DNA from: Squalus acanthias
Lineage: Eukaryota
Reading direction: 5' to 3'
NCBI GenBank assembly: GCA_030390025.1
Contig: CM059432.1
Location: 144,462,001-144,526,000, forward strand
DNA: 64,000 nucleotides
The notes beneath the pieces were generated by a model. The model worked only from the letters and a program-made list of their open reading frames with translations. It did not search any database and was not told the origin of the DNA. Position numbers and translations under genes: made by a program. Below are positions 14,293 through 25,963 of the stretch, piece by piece (the stretch's first letter is position 1; each line of letters starts with the position of its first letter).

Positions 14293-15751
14293 TGGTAGAG
14301 AATTTTAAGGCTAATATGGCTCAATAATTTAACTGGCCCTCAGCTTTAAATGTTTCACCACACATCACTTTTATTAAGTTTTGCTATTTTGATTTTTATC
14401 TTGCAGCAAACAAAGGTGCTACATTCCTGGACACTGCCCAACACAGTTGAATCAGACCACGTCTCTTGCGCTGTGCCGAGATCTCTATAATTCTGTTCTG
14501 CTCGTGAGGCACCTGGTATGAACAGAGTGCATTATAATCATCTGGCTCAAAAGTTCTGTGTAAACGTAAGTATATTTTTGAAGGAAATACTTGGCTTTCT
14601 TCCTGTGCTGCGGTGGAATCTATATTATAGACAACAATCCCAGGATGTAGTTGGATAAATGGGATTAGACAGAGAGCAATCGATAGTTGGATGGAGAAAC
14701 AAGACTGTAACTTAATAGGAGTTCTGCTGATGTCATAAATTATGGGAGTGAAGCAAGAGCAGTTTATCAATGTCAGGAGAACCCGACAACTGAATTACAG
14801 CCCGAAACCCACTGCCAACTTTGTGTTATTGTAAATAATACATCGTAATTACATTAGTTTCAAAGTTTCCCATTTCATTTCTGTTGTGCAGTGTGGTAAA
14901 GGTGATGAGTAATAACGTGGACATTTGATCTGAAAAGTAAAAGGCCTCATATAACAGGCACTGTATTGCCAGTTAGCCTCTTTGGTTTTGCAGCAACTAA
15001 ACGATTCACGGGCTATACGTTTTCAGGGTGCAAATCCCTCGATTTTCTTCCGGCCCTCCCTATGGTGTTTTGGGGCTAAGACAGACCATGTAACTTACTC
15101 CCAGGCATTCTTGTGAACCAATGATTTGCACCAGAAGACTTCAGTTTGAATCAATTGGAAGATAATCAGTTCCTGCAGATTGTACGAACTGGGGATGTGA
15201 CTTGGACACTAAACTGGAGATTGTTAAAAAAAAACTGCACAAAGTAGCAACATATGAAAACTAAAAAAAATCAAACTCCAAACTCATAACACAAGAAGCT
15301 GATTTTAGTTCTTTGCTCTGCATAAACATCACTTTTTTAATTAAAACAGTGAACTTGAATCTGGTCCTGAATTGCAGCCTCTTTACATTACAGCTGTCAG
15401 TTCCGATTTACTCAAAACATTATGTTTCAAACTGCGAATGCGAGCACCCCGAGATCTGAGTGGGAATTCATCACCAGCCGCCGATCCTGATCTATGCAGA
15501 CAAGGCAAGGTCCCAGGCTCAATCCCTGGTGTGGGCTGAGGTTGCTGATCTTAGTTGGGGTGACAACAGGGGCACGAAGATTGGCCTCGGTGTACTTGTG
15601 CTAGCGAGGAGTGGAAAAACATCAACTAACGTTTCCACTCGCGATTGCCAGCTAGTGACTTGGCCTGGACTGGCTGCACGTGTGAATTCTGGGTGAGCTC
15701 CAGCAAAAGCATTGCAGGATAGAATCCTACAGCACAGAAGGAGGCCATATA

Positions 15752-16365
15752 CGAACATAAGAACAATGACGGACAGGTAAAGATCCTCTGGTCCATCCAG
15801 CCTGTCCCACACAATTGCGATACCTTGTGTATCACAACATATACACTGTCCACCCCACCCCAAACCATGTGACCTCCTGGGAGAGGTGAAAAAAGATAAA
15901 AACCCAGACCAACTTGGGGGGAAAAAAATCTGGGAAATTCCTCTTCGACCCATCTAGGCGATCGAAACTAATCCAGATCATCACTCAGGCCCTTCCTTTA
16001 TCCTCAACCGAGGATTCCCCTCCACAAAAATCAACAAAATCTATCAATCTCAGTTTTGAAATTTTCAATTGACCCTCAGCTTCAACAGCTTTTTTGGGGA
16101 GAGAGTTCCAGATTTCCACTACCCTTTGTGTGAAGAACTGTTTCCTGACATCAACCCTGAACGGCCTGGCTCTAATTTTAAGGTTATGCCCCCTTGTTCT
16201 GGACTCCCCCCCCCACCAGAGGAAATAGTTTCTCTCTATCTACCCTAGCAACTCCTTTAATCATCTTAAACACCTCAATTAGATCACCCCTTAATGTTTT
16301 ATATTCAAAGGAATACAAGCCTAGTCTATGCAACCTGTCCTCATAATTCAACCCTTTTAGCCCCG
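15752..16365 (-). mobile_element. Adjacent CR1-family 3' fragments
   Basis: gaacataagaac tail at 15752; 16035-16365 is the reverse complement of the CR1 ORF2 end. Confidence 0.7.
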
Positions 16366-17230
16366 ATTTTGAATCCTCAGAGCTTCCTGCATGAAATGGT
16401 GGGGAACATCCAGCAGTACAGCTCTGATATCAGTGCAGGCAGTTGGGGGTCCTGAAAACAAGTGTGGCTCCAAGGAGACTGAACAAAACTGAAGTCAATG
16501 GAGCTGGAAGGGAAACCCCTCCAGTGACTGGAGTCATACCTGATGCAAGGGTGGATGGTTAAGGGCTGTCAGAAGCCAAGGAACTACTGAAATACAAAAA
16601 AAATGGCTTTTTTTTTTGCAATGGTGAATCTAGAAATCTGTGATGAGGAACATGAGCAATTTCAGGGGGACTGAAGACACAGAGTATATTTCCTGGGGAG
16701 ATCTGGGGGTATTTTGCAGCATTTTGAATTAAATTAGCAGGCATGATTTAAACAACAGACCTGGGTCCAGAACTGGGAGTTTAAATACAGGTCATTTTTA
16801 CACTTAGAAGGTGTCCAGAGAGAAAGGTAATCCCAAAATCAAGCCAGTCAGTCCACGAAAGAGAAAGGGTCATGACTTATTTACTTAACTAGTTTTTATA
16901 GAGGAGAGAAGCGAGATTGAGTGAAGTTAGTGGAGTTTACTTTGACTGTCACTCTGTACATATATTTGCTGCCTGTGAAATAAAGGAACTTAAAAATTCG
17001 TATCTGGTCTCATCTCACTAAGCGTTTCTCAGTCCACCTTCAAAACAATGAGAGAAGGGAGGGCATGTGCGGAAGACACAATGTCCCATTCCAATCACAA
17101 AGGGTCCTGTTGTTACACCCCAGTTACACTATTGTATAATTAGATGCGGGCATACTCCTGAACGCAAGACAAGAGGACCGCTTATGGGATTGAACCCAAG
17201 AGAATATCTGACGTAGACCCGAACTTGTAA

Positions 17231-17274
17231 CACACACACACACACAGAGACACACACACACAGAGAGACACACA

Positions 17275-17313
<39 letters not shown>
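17231..17313. repeat. (CA)n/(GA)n microsatellite
   Basis: Direct dinucleotide run. Confidence 0.97.
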
Positions 17314-17315
<2 letters not shown>

Positions 17316-18055
17316 TAATGCCAACAACTCTTGCAGTACACTACAAAGCTCAGTATCCACTTACCTAGCTGCAGCCAAATGCCATGCCGAGAAAGTGGGT
17401 AATCATGTGTTCTCCCTACCTCCATGCACATGCGCAAACTATCGCTCCAAGGATATTCACAACTTTGTGCATGTGCAAAAAATTCCACATACAGTACTAT
17501 TTTTTGTGGTCTCGTAAATGCATCAAGAAAGATTCGGAACAGACTGGGGTGACTTCAATACAAAGTGCCTCAACCTGTAAAGCAAAATGCTAGTTTTGAT
17601 CAGCAAACGCTGACGGGTGAGGAATCGCTGATAGTTGGCATAGATACACCTGAAGCCACTGCATAGCATCTCACTTCAGTACAATAATGTTTTATTGGAA
17701 ATTTGTACTGACATTTGACATTAGAAGGGCACAGCAATTAATGTGTGCACAAGGCTAATCTCTGAGTATATAATCCTTGTACGTTCTTCTAAAATCCATC
17801 TAAGTTCTCTAGTCTACTATCATACAGTAGAGTTAAAATGCAATTTGGAAGAACACATCAGGATTGTGTTGGTAAATTTATGCATCTTCCGAAAAACGTT
17901 ACAAAGTTAGCTTGAGTTTACCCGATGCTCCCGTGCTCCAGGTAATCTCTCTTTAAAGTGTGTTCAGGGAGAGTGGATCCACTGCTTGTGCTTCTAGTTC
18001 CTGATGTCTGTGAAAGCACTAGTGGTTGTTCCATCTGTGCTGGCTGACTGTGTTG

Positions 18056-18180
18056 TACATAGTACATAGCATTACAAAGTATTTCCAGCACAGAAACAGG
18101 CCATTCGGCCCAACTGGTCTGTACCGATGTTGATGCTCCACTCGAGCCTCCTTCCACCCTACTTGGTCTCACCCTATCAG
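18056..18180 (-). mobile_element. CR1-type 3' end fragment
   Basis: acatag repeats followed by gcacagaaacaggccattcggccc. Confidence 0.55.
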
Positions 18181-21100
18181 CATAGTCTTCCAGTACCTAT
18201 GTTGTGCCCCTGTTATGACGGTTTACCACGTATGCACTTTGAGTATTTCGAGTGTCTTTTCGGAACGTCTTTCTCATGCTGTGAGCAGGGGGGCTGTAAA
18301 GGAATTGTTGCTGATTTTTTCATTTATTATTTTAATGCAAAATAAAAACTTTGCATGTGTGCAATAGGGAAAAAAAGACAGAAATTAAACCAGGGCCAAG
18401 GGATAATTAAGCTGGTGTGAGTACGTCGTATAGTGCTGCTTTTATACCATAAGTACAACACCATTTACACTACACTCTGGGCTCTCTTGGCTGCTGCTCT
18501 TTGTGAATCTGGCAGCTTATCTTGGTGTTGCAGCCAGCTGTATGTGACCCATGCTTGAGGAATTGGTGATACGTGCACAGGTTTTCTATGGTATAAAAGC
18601 AGCTTAAAGGACAGAATGTGCTGGATGGGCTGCAATAGAGTTTTTTTCCCTCCCATTTCTGCATTATGTAGGAGGGATAAGAATAAGAGAGTGTTTTTTT
18701 TAAAATAAATGAATGCCAGCTGTTGTTTCAACATTGCAATAGTTGCTGTTAGCTTTGAATCCAGTGGCATTCAAAAGCAAGGACTCAGGAGTTTAGTTCT
18801 GTAAATCTCAGGCCAAATCAGAAACCGAGGAGCATTCACACTGGGCAGGTCCTCGACTGCATGAGGCAATAGGTGCTGGGTTCCAGAGCTGGCCACGATG
18901 TGAGCTTGGCACGTCTCAATGTCCTGGATCAGCAAATGGCCAAGTATCTTCAGTGTCGGCTACAGTGAGAAGGAATGCATTATCTTTCTCACTGCTTTCG
19001 GCAGAAGACCATCTAATTGATCCCGGAATACAAAGGGGTCATTTTCTGACCTGAGATTCCGGCTGGTGAGGAGAGCCACCGGGAATGCAAACATGGAAAA
19101 GCCCACTCGAAAATGCACCAATCAAAGCGACAGAAATCAAAATGTTCTTGGGAGAGTATGCAGTGAGATCCCTACCCCCCAGATTAAATCTCAGATATGA
19201 GGCACAAACGGCCACTACACCAATTGTTTGGAGGTCTCCAGAGATACTCCAACCTGGAGGTCCTGCTGGATTGGTGTGAGGGACCTCTTAAATCAGAAGA
19301 ATAGTTGGGACAATTTTGAAACAACACCATTCTCACGTAACTGACCCATGTATTGTATATGGCGTTATTATCTTACTTTTTATATTCGTTCATGGGATGT
19401 GGGCGTCACTGGCAAGGCCAGCATTTATTTCCCATCCCTAATTGCTCGAGAAGGTGGTGGTGAGCCGCCTTCTTGAACCGCTGCAGTCCATGTGGTGAAG
19501 TTACTCCCACAGTGCTGTTAGGGAGGGAGTTCCAGGTTTTGACCCAGCAACGATGAAGGAACGGTGATATATTTTCCAGTCAGGATGGTGTGTGACTTGG
19601 GGGGAACTTGCAAGTGGTGGTGTTCCCGTGCGCCTGCTGCCCTTGTCCTTCTAGGTGGTAGAGGTTGCGGGTTTGGGAGGTGTTGTCGAAGAAGCCTTGG
19701 CGAGTTGCTGCAGTGCATCTTGTACATGGTACACACAGTAGCCACGTTGTGCCGGTGGTGGATGGGGTGCCAATTAAGTGGGCTGTTTTGTCCTGGATGC
19801 TGTAGATCTTCTTGAGTGTTGTTGGCACTGCACTCATCCAGGCAAGTGAAGAGTATTCCATCCCACTCCTTACTTGTTCCTGGTAGATGGTGGACAGGCT
19901 TTGGGGAGGCAGGAGGTGAGACACTCGTCGCAGAATACCCAGCCTCTGACCTGCTCTCATAGCCACAGTATTTATGTGGCTGGTCCAGTTAAGTTTCTGA
20001 TCAATGGTGACCCCCAGGATGTTGATGGTGGGGGATTCGGTGACGGTAATGCCGTTGAATGTGAAGGGGCGGTGGTTAGACTCTCGCTTGTTGGAGATAG
20101 TCATTGCCTGGCACTTGTGTGGCGTAAATGTTACTTGCCCCTTATCAGCCTAAACCTGAATGTTGTCCAGGTCTTGCTGCATGCGGGCATGGACTGCTTC
20201 ATTATCTGGGGTGTTGCAAATGGAACTGAGCACTGTGGAATCATCAGCGAACATCCCCACTTCTGACCTTATGGTGGAGGGAAGGTCATTGATGAAGCAG
20301 CTGAAGATGGTTGGGCCTTGGACACTGTCCTGAGGAACTCATACAGTGATGTCCTGGAGCTGAGACGATTGACCTCCAACAACCACAACCATCTTCCTTT
20401 GTGCTAGGTATGACTCCAGCCAGTGAAGAGTTTTCCCCCCCGATTCCCATTGACTTCAATTTTACTAGGGCTCCTTTATGCCACACTCGGTCAAATGCTG
20501 CCTTGATGTCAAGGGCAGTCACTCTCACCTCACCTCTGGAATTCAGCTCTTTATCCATGTTTGGACCAAGGCTGTAACAAGGTCTGGAGCCGAGTGGTCT
20601 TGGTGGAACCCAAACTGGGCATCAGTGAGCAGGTTATTGGTGAGTAAGTGCCGCTTGATAGCACTGTCATCGACACCTTCCATTACTTTGCTGATGATTA
20701 AGAGTTGGCTGATGGGCCGGTAATTGCCCGGATTGAATTTTTCCTGCTTTTTGTGGACAGGACATACCTGGGCAATTTTCCACATTGTCGGGTAGATGCC
20801 AGTGTTGATGCTGTACTGGAACAGCTTGGCTAGAGGTGCGACTAGTTCTGGAGCAGAAGTCTTCAGCACGACAGCCGGAATGTTGTCAGGGCCCATAGCC
20901 TTTGCTGTATCCAGTGCGTTCAGCCATTTCTTGATATCACGTGGAGTGAATCAAATTGGCTGGGCTGCCTTCTGTGATGGTGGGGACCTCAGGAGGAGGC
21001 TGAGATGGATCATCCACTCAGCACTTCTGGCTGAGGATGATTGCAAATGCTTCAGTCTTGTCTTTTGCACTCACGTGCTGGGCTCTGCCATCATTGAGGA

Positions 21101-21543
21101 TGGGGATGTTCATGGAGCCTCCTCCTTCCGTTAGTTGTTTAATTGTCCACCACCATTCACGACTGGATGTGGCTGGACTGCAGAGCTTTGATCTGATCTG
21201 TTGGTTGTGGGATCGCTTAGCTCTGTGTACAGCATGCTGCTTCTGCTGTTTAGCATGCATGTAGTCCTGTGTTGTAGCTTCAACAGGTTGGCATTTCATT
21301 TTTAGGTACACCTGATGCTGCTCCTGGCATGCTCTTCTACACTCCTCATTGAACCAGGGTTGGTCCCCTGGCTTGATGGTAATTGTAGAGTGAGGGATAT
21401 GCCGGGCCATGAGGTTACAGATTGTGGTGAAATACAATTTTGCTGCTACTGATGGCCCATAGCGCCCCAGTTTTGAGCTGCTAAATCTGTTGTGAATCTA
21501 TCCCATTTAGCACAGTGGTAGTGCCACACAACACGATGCAGAG

Positions 21544-21726
21544 TGTCGTAAGAATGAGCCTTACGCGTGGTAAACTTAATGTAAGCTTTAATCAACTTAA
21601 AACGGTGCTGCATACAAAAGAGGTCTTACCCTATGCCTCTTCCAGAGCTAACTGATCAGTCCAGTATTTATCCTGGACTGATTACAGGAAGTGATGTCAT
21701 ACAGGAAGCTGAAAAGTGTTACCACA
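21544..21726 (-). repeat. 3' LTR (183 bp)
   Basis: tgtcgtaag...gttaccaca, identical by eye to 25781-25963. Confidence 0.97.
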
Positions 21727-21738
21727 TTCTCCCCCCCC
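21727..21738 (-). other. Polypurine tract
   Basis: Minus strand GGGGGGGGAGAA immediately upstream of the 3' LTR TG. Confidence 0.9.
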
Positions 21739-21744
21739 AAAAGA

Positions 21745-24700
21745 TTAGGAGGCCGGAATGCTCCCTCCATTTCGTAGCCGTTGGATGAGGGAGAGCCGCA
21801 CCCGTTTGGGTTCTCGTAGCGGTAGAGGGCCCCTAGCCCGTTTACCCGCTGCGGGCCATGGACCAGAGTCCGAGTGCTCCAGCCCGCTCTGTGAGGGGTC
21901 AGAACGATCCTGACCGTGTACTGGTACCCGAATGGGTGTCGGGCAGGGCTGTGGCAGATCCGTTTCTGAGCGTACGGTACAGGGTTGATCGTGGCTGCGC
22001 GTGCGAGCCCCGACGGGCTCATAGTCAGTCTGCCCCAGGTCGGCACGCTGGAGTGAGGTACCAGCCGGCGTCAGATCCCGATCATGATGAGAGGCACCTG
22101 GCAAGCCCAGAGATGTGCCTGGTACAATATCATCCCCTGGTGTCCCTCTATGTTTCGGCGGGCAGGGAGCCAGATCCCGCAATGACACGGTAGATTCCCG
22201 ACCGTCAGGATACCGAATATAGGCGTAGGTAGGGTTGACGTCAGTGAGCTCAACCTCATCTACCAGGGGGTCATTCTTAGACGCCCGGACATATCTTCGG
22301 AGTAGCACTGGTCCCGGTGTAGTCAGCCACGACGGGAGAGATGTCCCATAGGATGAGCGACGCTGAAATCGGAAGAACCGTTCATGAGGCGTCGTATTTG
22401 TGGCGGTCGAAAGGAGGGACCGTGTGGAGTGTAATGCGTCTGGAAGTACTGCTTCCCATTGCTGGTTGGGTAGGCCCCGAGATCTCAAAGCCAGACGTAC
22501 CGCATTCCAGATGATAGCGTTAAAACGCTCGACTTGCCCATTCCCAACCGGATGATAAGGCGTCGTTTTGCTGGCAGCAATACCCCGTTCCGAGAGATAG
22601 GCCTTGAGTTCTCCCGACATAAAAGAAGGGCCCCGATCTGAATGAACATAGGATGCCATGCCACAGAAAGCAAATACCTGTTCAAGGCAGCTGATAACCG
22701 TGGTTGTCAGCATATTGGGGCAGGGAAAGGCAAACGGAAAACGAGAATACTCATCAACCATTGTTAATAGATAAGTGTTGCGAGTCGAAGAGGGCAACGG
22801 CCCCTTAAAATCGATGCTAAGCCTTTGCATTGGCTGGGTCGCATGTATGAGTATACCACCCGAGGGGCGGAAAAACCGAGGTTTCAATTCCGCACAGACT
22901 CTGCAGTCCGAGCACATCTTCTTTACATCCCCGGTAGAGAATGGGAGATTTCGGGACCGCACGAAGTGCAGCATGCGAGTAACGCCTGGATGACACAACC
23001 CATCATGGATGTCTACGAGCGTAGAGGGTGCCATGGCGGAGCAGAATGCTCGTGTGAGGGTATCCGGAGCCACATTCTCCTTGCCAGGTCGATAGTGGAT
23101 GGTGTAACCAAAAGAGGCCAATTCCAGCCGCCAAAGCTGGATTTTATTATTTTTAATTTTGGTCCGTTTTCGATTATCGAGCATGAAGGCGACCGATCGC
23201 TGGTCCGTGATTAAGGTAAAGTGCTGGCGAGCCAGGAGATGACTCCACTTCCGTACTGCCTCTATGATGGCTGTAGCTTCTTTCTCGACTGGAGGATAAT
23301 GTAGCTCAGCCCCTTGAAAAGTCCTGGACAAAAATGCCACCGGACGACCTTCCTGATTCAGAGTGGCTGAGATTGCCACCTCCGAGGCATCACACTCAAC
23401 CACGAAAGGAAGACTCTCATCAATGGAGTGAAGAGCCGCTTTCTCCAACTGCTTTTTCAGGAGGTTAAAGGCTGCAACAGCCGTTGTGTCTAGTGGGAAT
23501 GTGCTGACCTTCAGTAGAGGTTGGATTCGGTCCGAGAAGTTAGGAATCCATTTCGCATAGTATGCAAACAGGCCGAGGGCCCGGCGCAAGGAGGCCGGAT
23601 TCTTAGGTGGCGGGAGTTCTTGGAGTGGGCGAAGCCTTTCAGGGTCAGGTTTAATGATGCCATTGCCCACACAATAGCCAAGGATGTTGATAGTTGGTTG
23701 TGACTCAATGGATTTAGCCGCATTCAATGTCAAATTACGGTGCTGGAGTGCATCCCAAAATCGTTGGAGATTGGCGTCATGTTCCTGCTGATTGCGACCT
23801 GCGACAGTAATATTGTCCAGATAAGGAAACGTATCCTTCAAGTCTTCCTGTTTGACCAGGTCATCCATTGCTCGCTGGAAGACAGCCACTCCATTAGTGA
23901 CCCCAAAGGGGAGGCGACGAAATTGATACAGCCGCCCATTGGCTTCAAAGGCTGTATACTGCTTGTCTGAGACCTTCAAGGGTACCTGATGATAGGCGCT
24001 TTTCAGATCATAAGTCGAGAACACCGTGTACTCAGCCAATTTATTAACCATATCATCGATGCGCGGCAATGGGTATGCGTCCAAGTCCGTATACTGATTG
24101 ATGGTCTGTGAATAGTCAATGCACAGCCGTTTCTTGTGAGGTTGTAGAGGGTTCTTAACAATAACGACCTGGGCGCGCCATGGCGACGAACAAGGCTCGA
24201 TGATATCCTCTGCTAAAAGCCGAGAAATCTCAGCCGCAATAAAAGACTGGTCTTCCTGACTGAAACGGCGTGACTTTGTTATAATCGGTTTGCATCGAGG
24301 AGGGATACTGGCAAACAGTGAGGGTTCATCCAGTGAAGCTGCTGACAAGGCACAGAACGGTAATCGAGGTCGTATATTAGAAATAGTGAGTTCAGGTTTG
24401 GATCCGCCGAACTCAATGGTAAGCTTCTTATGCTGCTTTTGAAAATCCAGCCCTAAGATAAGATCACTACATAAGTCCTTGAGCACCGAAAGCCGGGTGG
24501 AGGGATACCTGTGACCTTTAAGCATTATTTCAACTACACAGAAGCCAGAAATTCTGGTATTAAGTGATGACTGAGCCATCGCAACTGCCTGGTCCGATGG
24601 AAAAACATGTAGCTTTAACTGTGCAACAGTCTGTTCCCTAATGAAACTATCAGTGCTACCTGAGTCAATTAAGGCATCTAAAGTATGTCCCTTAATTGAT

Positions 24701-25701
24701 GCTTTTGTAGCTGCATGGAATAGATTCTGAGGACAAGCAGCTGTAATTGGTGTCGTTGCACAAAGAGTGGCTGAAATTCTAGGTGTGTTTCTTCGAGAAA
24801 AAACCCGAGAGGAAGCACGATAGTTTTTAGTTGGAACATCCTGATAGGCCCTTACTGGGGCAGTTCGGTAGGACTTAGCTTGATAAGCCCTCGTAGAGGC
24901 TCTTGATAGGCAAACCTTTACAAAATGACCCTTTTTGTTGCAATGACTGCAAAACGCATTGCGAGCAGGGCAGAATCTCCGAGGGTGAAACTCATCCCCA
25001 CAAAAAAAGCATTTCTTAGATTGCCAAGAGGCTGCCACAGTGGGGTCATCATCCTCTTCATCGGTGAAGTCATCAGATCGATCGTCAGGGATAAAGTCCT
25101 CCCTAATAGAGTTCACCTGTGGCCTCTTAAATTGCCTGACTGTAGTTAAGGCAGCAGACCGAGGTCTGGGCACTGTAAAAAGGTCTGCATTTCGTTTTGC
25201 TAGATCTAGAGAGCAAGCCAGGTCATAAGCTCTCTGCAGCTCAAGTGTCTTACTTTCCAGTAGACGCTGGCGTATAAATGGGGAGGCAAGCCCGCAGATG
25301 AACGCATCACGGATCATTTCTTCGCGGTATAGCTCAGCTGAGGCTGCCCGAAAGTTACAGTCCATACTAAGTCTGCGAAGCTCTTGGAGGAATTTATCAA
25401 TGGATTCCTCCGGCCCTTGTTGGGCTGTAGCTAGTAGATGTCTAGCATAGACCTCATTCGGTGTCTTAGTATATAGTCTCTTAAGCGTCTGAATTGCCTC
25501 CTCATAACTGTCCCAGTCTTCCACATACTGAAATACATTCGGGGTGACACAGTTGATGAGTATCCGCAACTTTGAGTTATCATCCGCTTTGCAATACTCA
25601 AGAAAATTCTCAAACGTGCGATACCAGTGTTTCCACACCTTACCGGCTGCTGGGGTGTTTGGGTCCAAGTCAAGACGCGATGGTTTAAGGATGTTTTCCA
25701 T
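21745..25701 (-). CDS. Gag-Pol polyprotein, 1318 aa
   Basis: Two CCHC knuckles (CFFCGDEFHPRRFC, CSHCNKKGHFVKVC), protease LIDSGS, RT YDLKSAYHQ/LPFG/YLDN, RNase H ECDAS...TDQ, integrase HHCC and SIDFKGP/SDRG/VERFN; no stops. Confidence 0.96.
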   Translation of the reverse strand: MENILKPSRLDLDPNTPAAGKVWKHWYRTFENFLEYCKADDNSKLRILINCVTPNVFQYVEDWDSYEEAIQTLKRLYTKTPNEVYARHLLATAQQGPEESIDKFLQELRRLSMDCNFRAASAELYREEMIRDAFICGLASPFIRQRLLESKTLELQRAYDLACSLDLAKRNADLFTVPRPRSAALTTVRQFKRPQVNSIREDFIPDDRSDDFTDEEDDDPTVAASWQSKKCFFCGDEFHPRRFCPARNAFCSHCNKKGHFVKVCLSRASTRAYQAKSYRTAPVRAYQDVPTKNYRASSRVFSRRNTPRISATLCATTPITAACPQNLFHAATKASIKGHTLDALIDSGSTDSFIREQTVAQLKLHVFPSDQAVAMAQSSLNTRISGFCVVEIMLKGHRYPSTRLSVLKDLCSDLILGLDFQKQHKKLTIEFGGSKPELTISNIRPRLPFCALSAASLDEPSLFASIPPRCKPIITKSRRFSQEDQSFIAAEISRLLAEDIIEPCSSPWRAQVVIVKNPLQPHKKRLCIDYSQTINQYTDLDAYPLPRIDDMVNKLAEYTVFSTYDLKSAYHQVPLKVSDKQYTAFEANGRLYQFRRLPFGVTNGVAVFQRAMDDLVKQEDLKDTFPYLDNITVAGRNQQEHDANLQRFWDALQHRNLTLNAAKSIESQPTINILGYCVGNGIIKPDPERLRPLQELPPPKNPASLRRALGLFAYYAKWIPNFSDRIQPLLKVSTFPLDTTAVAAFNLLKKQLEKAALHSIDESLPFVVECDASEVAISATLNQEGRPVAFLSRTFQGAELHYPPVEKEATAIIEAVRKWSHLLARQHFTLITDQRSVAFMLDNRKRTKIKNNKIQLWRLELASFGYTIHYRPGKENVAPDTLTRAFCSAMAPSTLVDIHDGLCHPGVTRMLHFVRSRNLPFSTGDVKKMCSDCRVCAELKPRFFRPSGGILIHATQPMQRLSIDFKGPLPSSTRNTYLLTMVDEYSRFPFAFPCPNMLTTTVISCLEQVFAFCGMASYVHSDRGPSFMSGELKAYLSERGIAASKTTPYHPVGNGQVERFNAIIWNAVRLALRSRGLPNQQWEAVLPDALHSTRSLLSTATNTTPHERFFRFQRRSSYGTSLPSWLTTPGPVLLRRYVRASKNDPLVDEVELTDVNPTYAYIRYPDGRESTVSLRDLAPCPPKHRGTPGDDIVPGTSLGLPGASHHDRDLTPAGTSLQRADLGQTDYEPVGARTRSHDQPCTVRSETDLPQPCPTPIRVPVHGQDRSDPSQSGLEHSDSGPWPAAGKRARGPLPLREPKRVRLSLIQRLRNGGSIPAS

Positions 25702-25780
25702 GATGGGTGATTCCCTGGATCCTTAGCTCCGAGTTCGTCCAAAAAGTTTGAGTGCGAAGTTTTTCAAAAGTTGATTAAAT

Positions 25781-25963
25781 TGTCGTAAGAATGAGCCTTA
25801 CGCGTGGTAAACTTAATGTAAGCTTTAATCAACTTAAAACGGTGCTGCATACAAAAGAGGTCTTACCCTATGCCTCTTCCAGAGCTAACTGATCAGTCCA
25901 GTATTTATCCTGGACTGATTACAGGAAGTGATGTCATACAGGAAGCTGAAAAGTGTTACCACA
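25781..25963 (-). repeat. 5' LTR (183 bp)
   Basis: Identical to the 3' LTR; contains GATAAATA (TATA-like) and ATTAAA on the minus strand. Confidence 0.97.

Larger units (their letters stand above)
21544..25963 (-). mobile_element. Full-length Ty3/Gypsy LTR retrotransposon (4,420 bp; Mag-like by Gag architecture)
   Basis: Two identical 183-bp TG...CA LTRs, 5-bp target duplication CAGAG (21539-21543, 25964-25968), PPT next to the 3' LTR, single gag-pol ORF with PR-RT-RH-IN order. Confidence 0.98.

Noticed and set aside
21648..22260. env gene or chromodomain at the Gypsy 3' end
   Set aside because: Only a low-complexity integrase tail and short overlapping ORFs; no transmembrane or chromodomain pattern seen.
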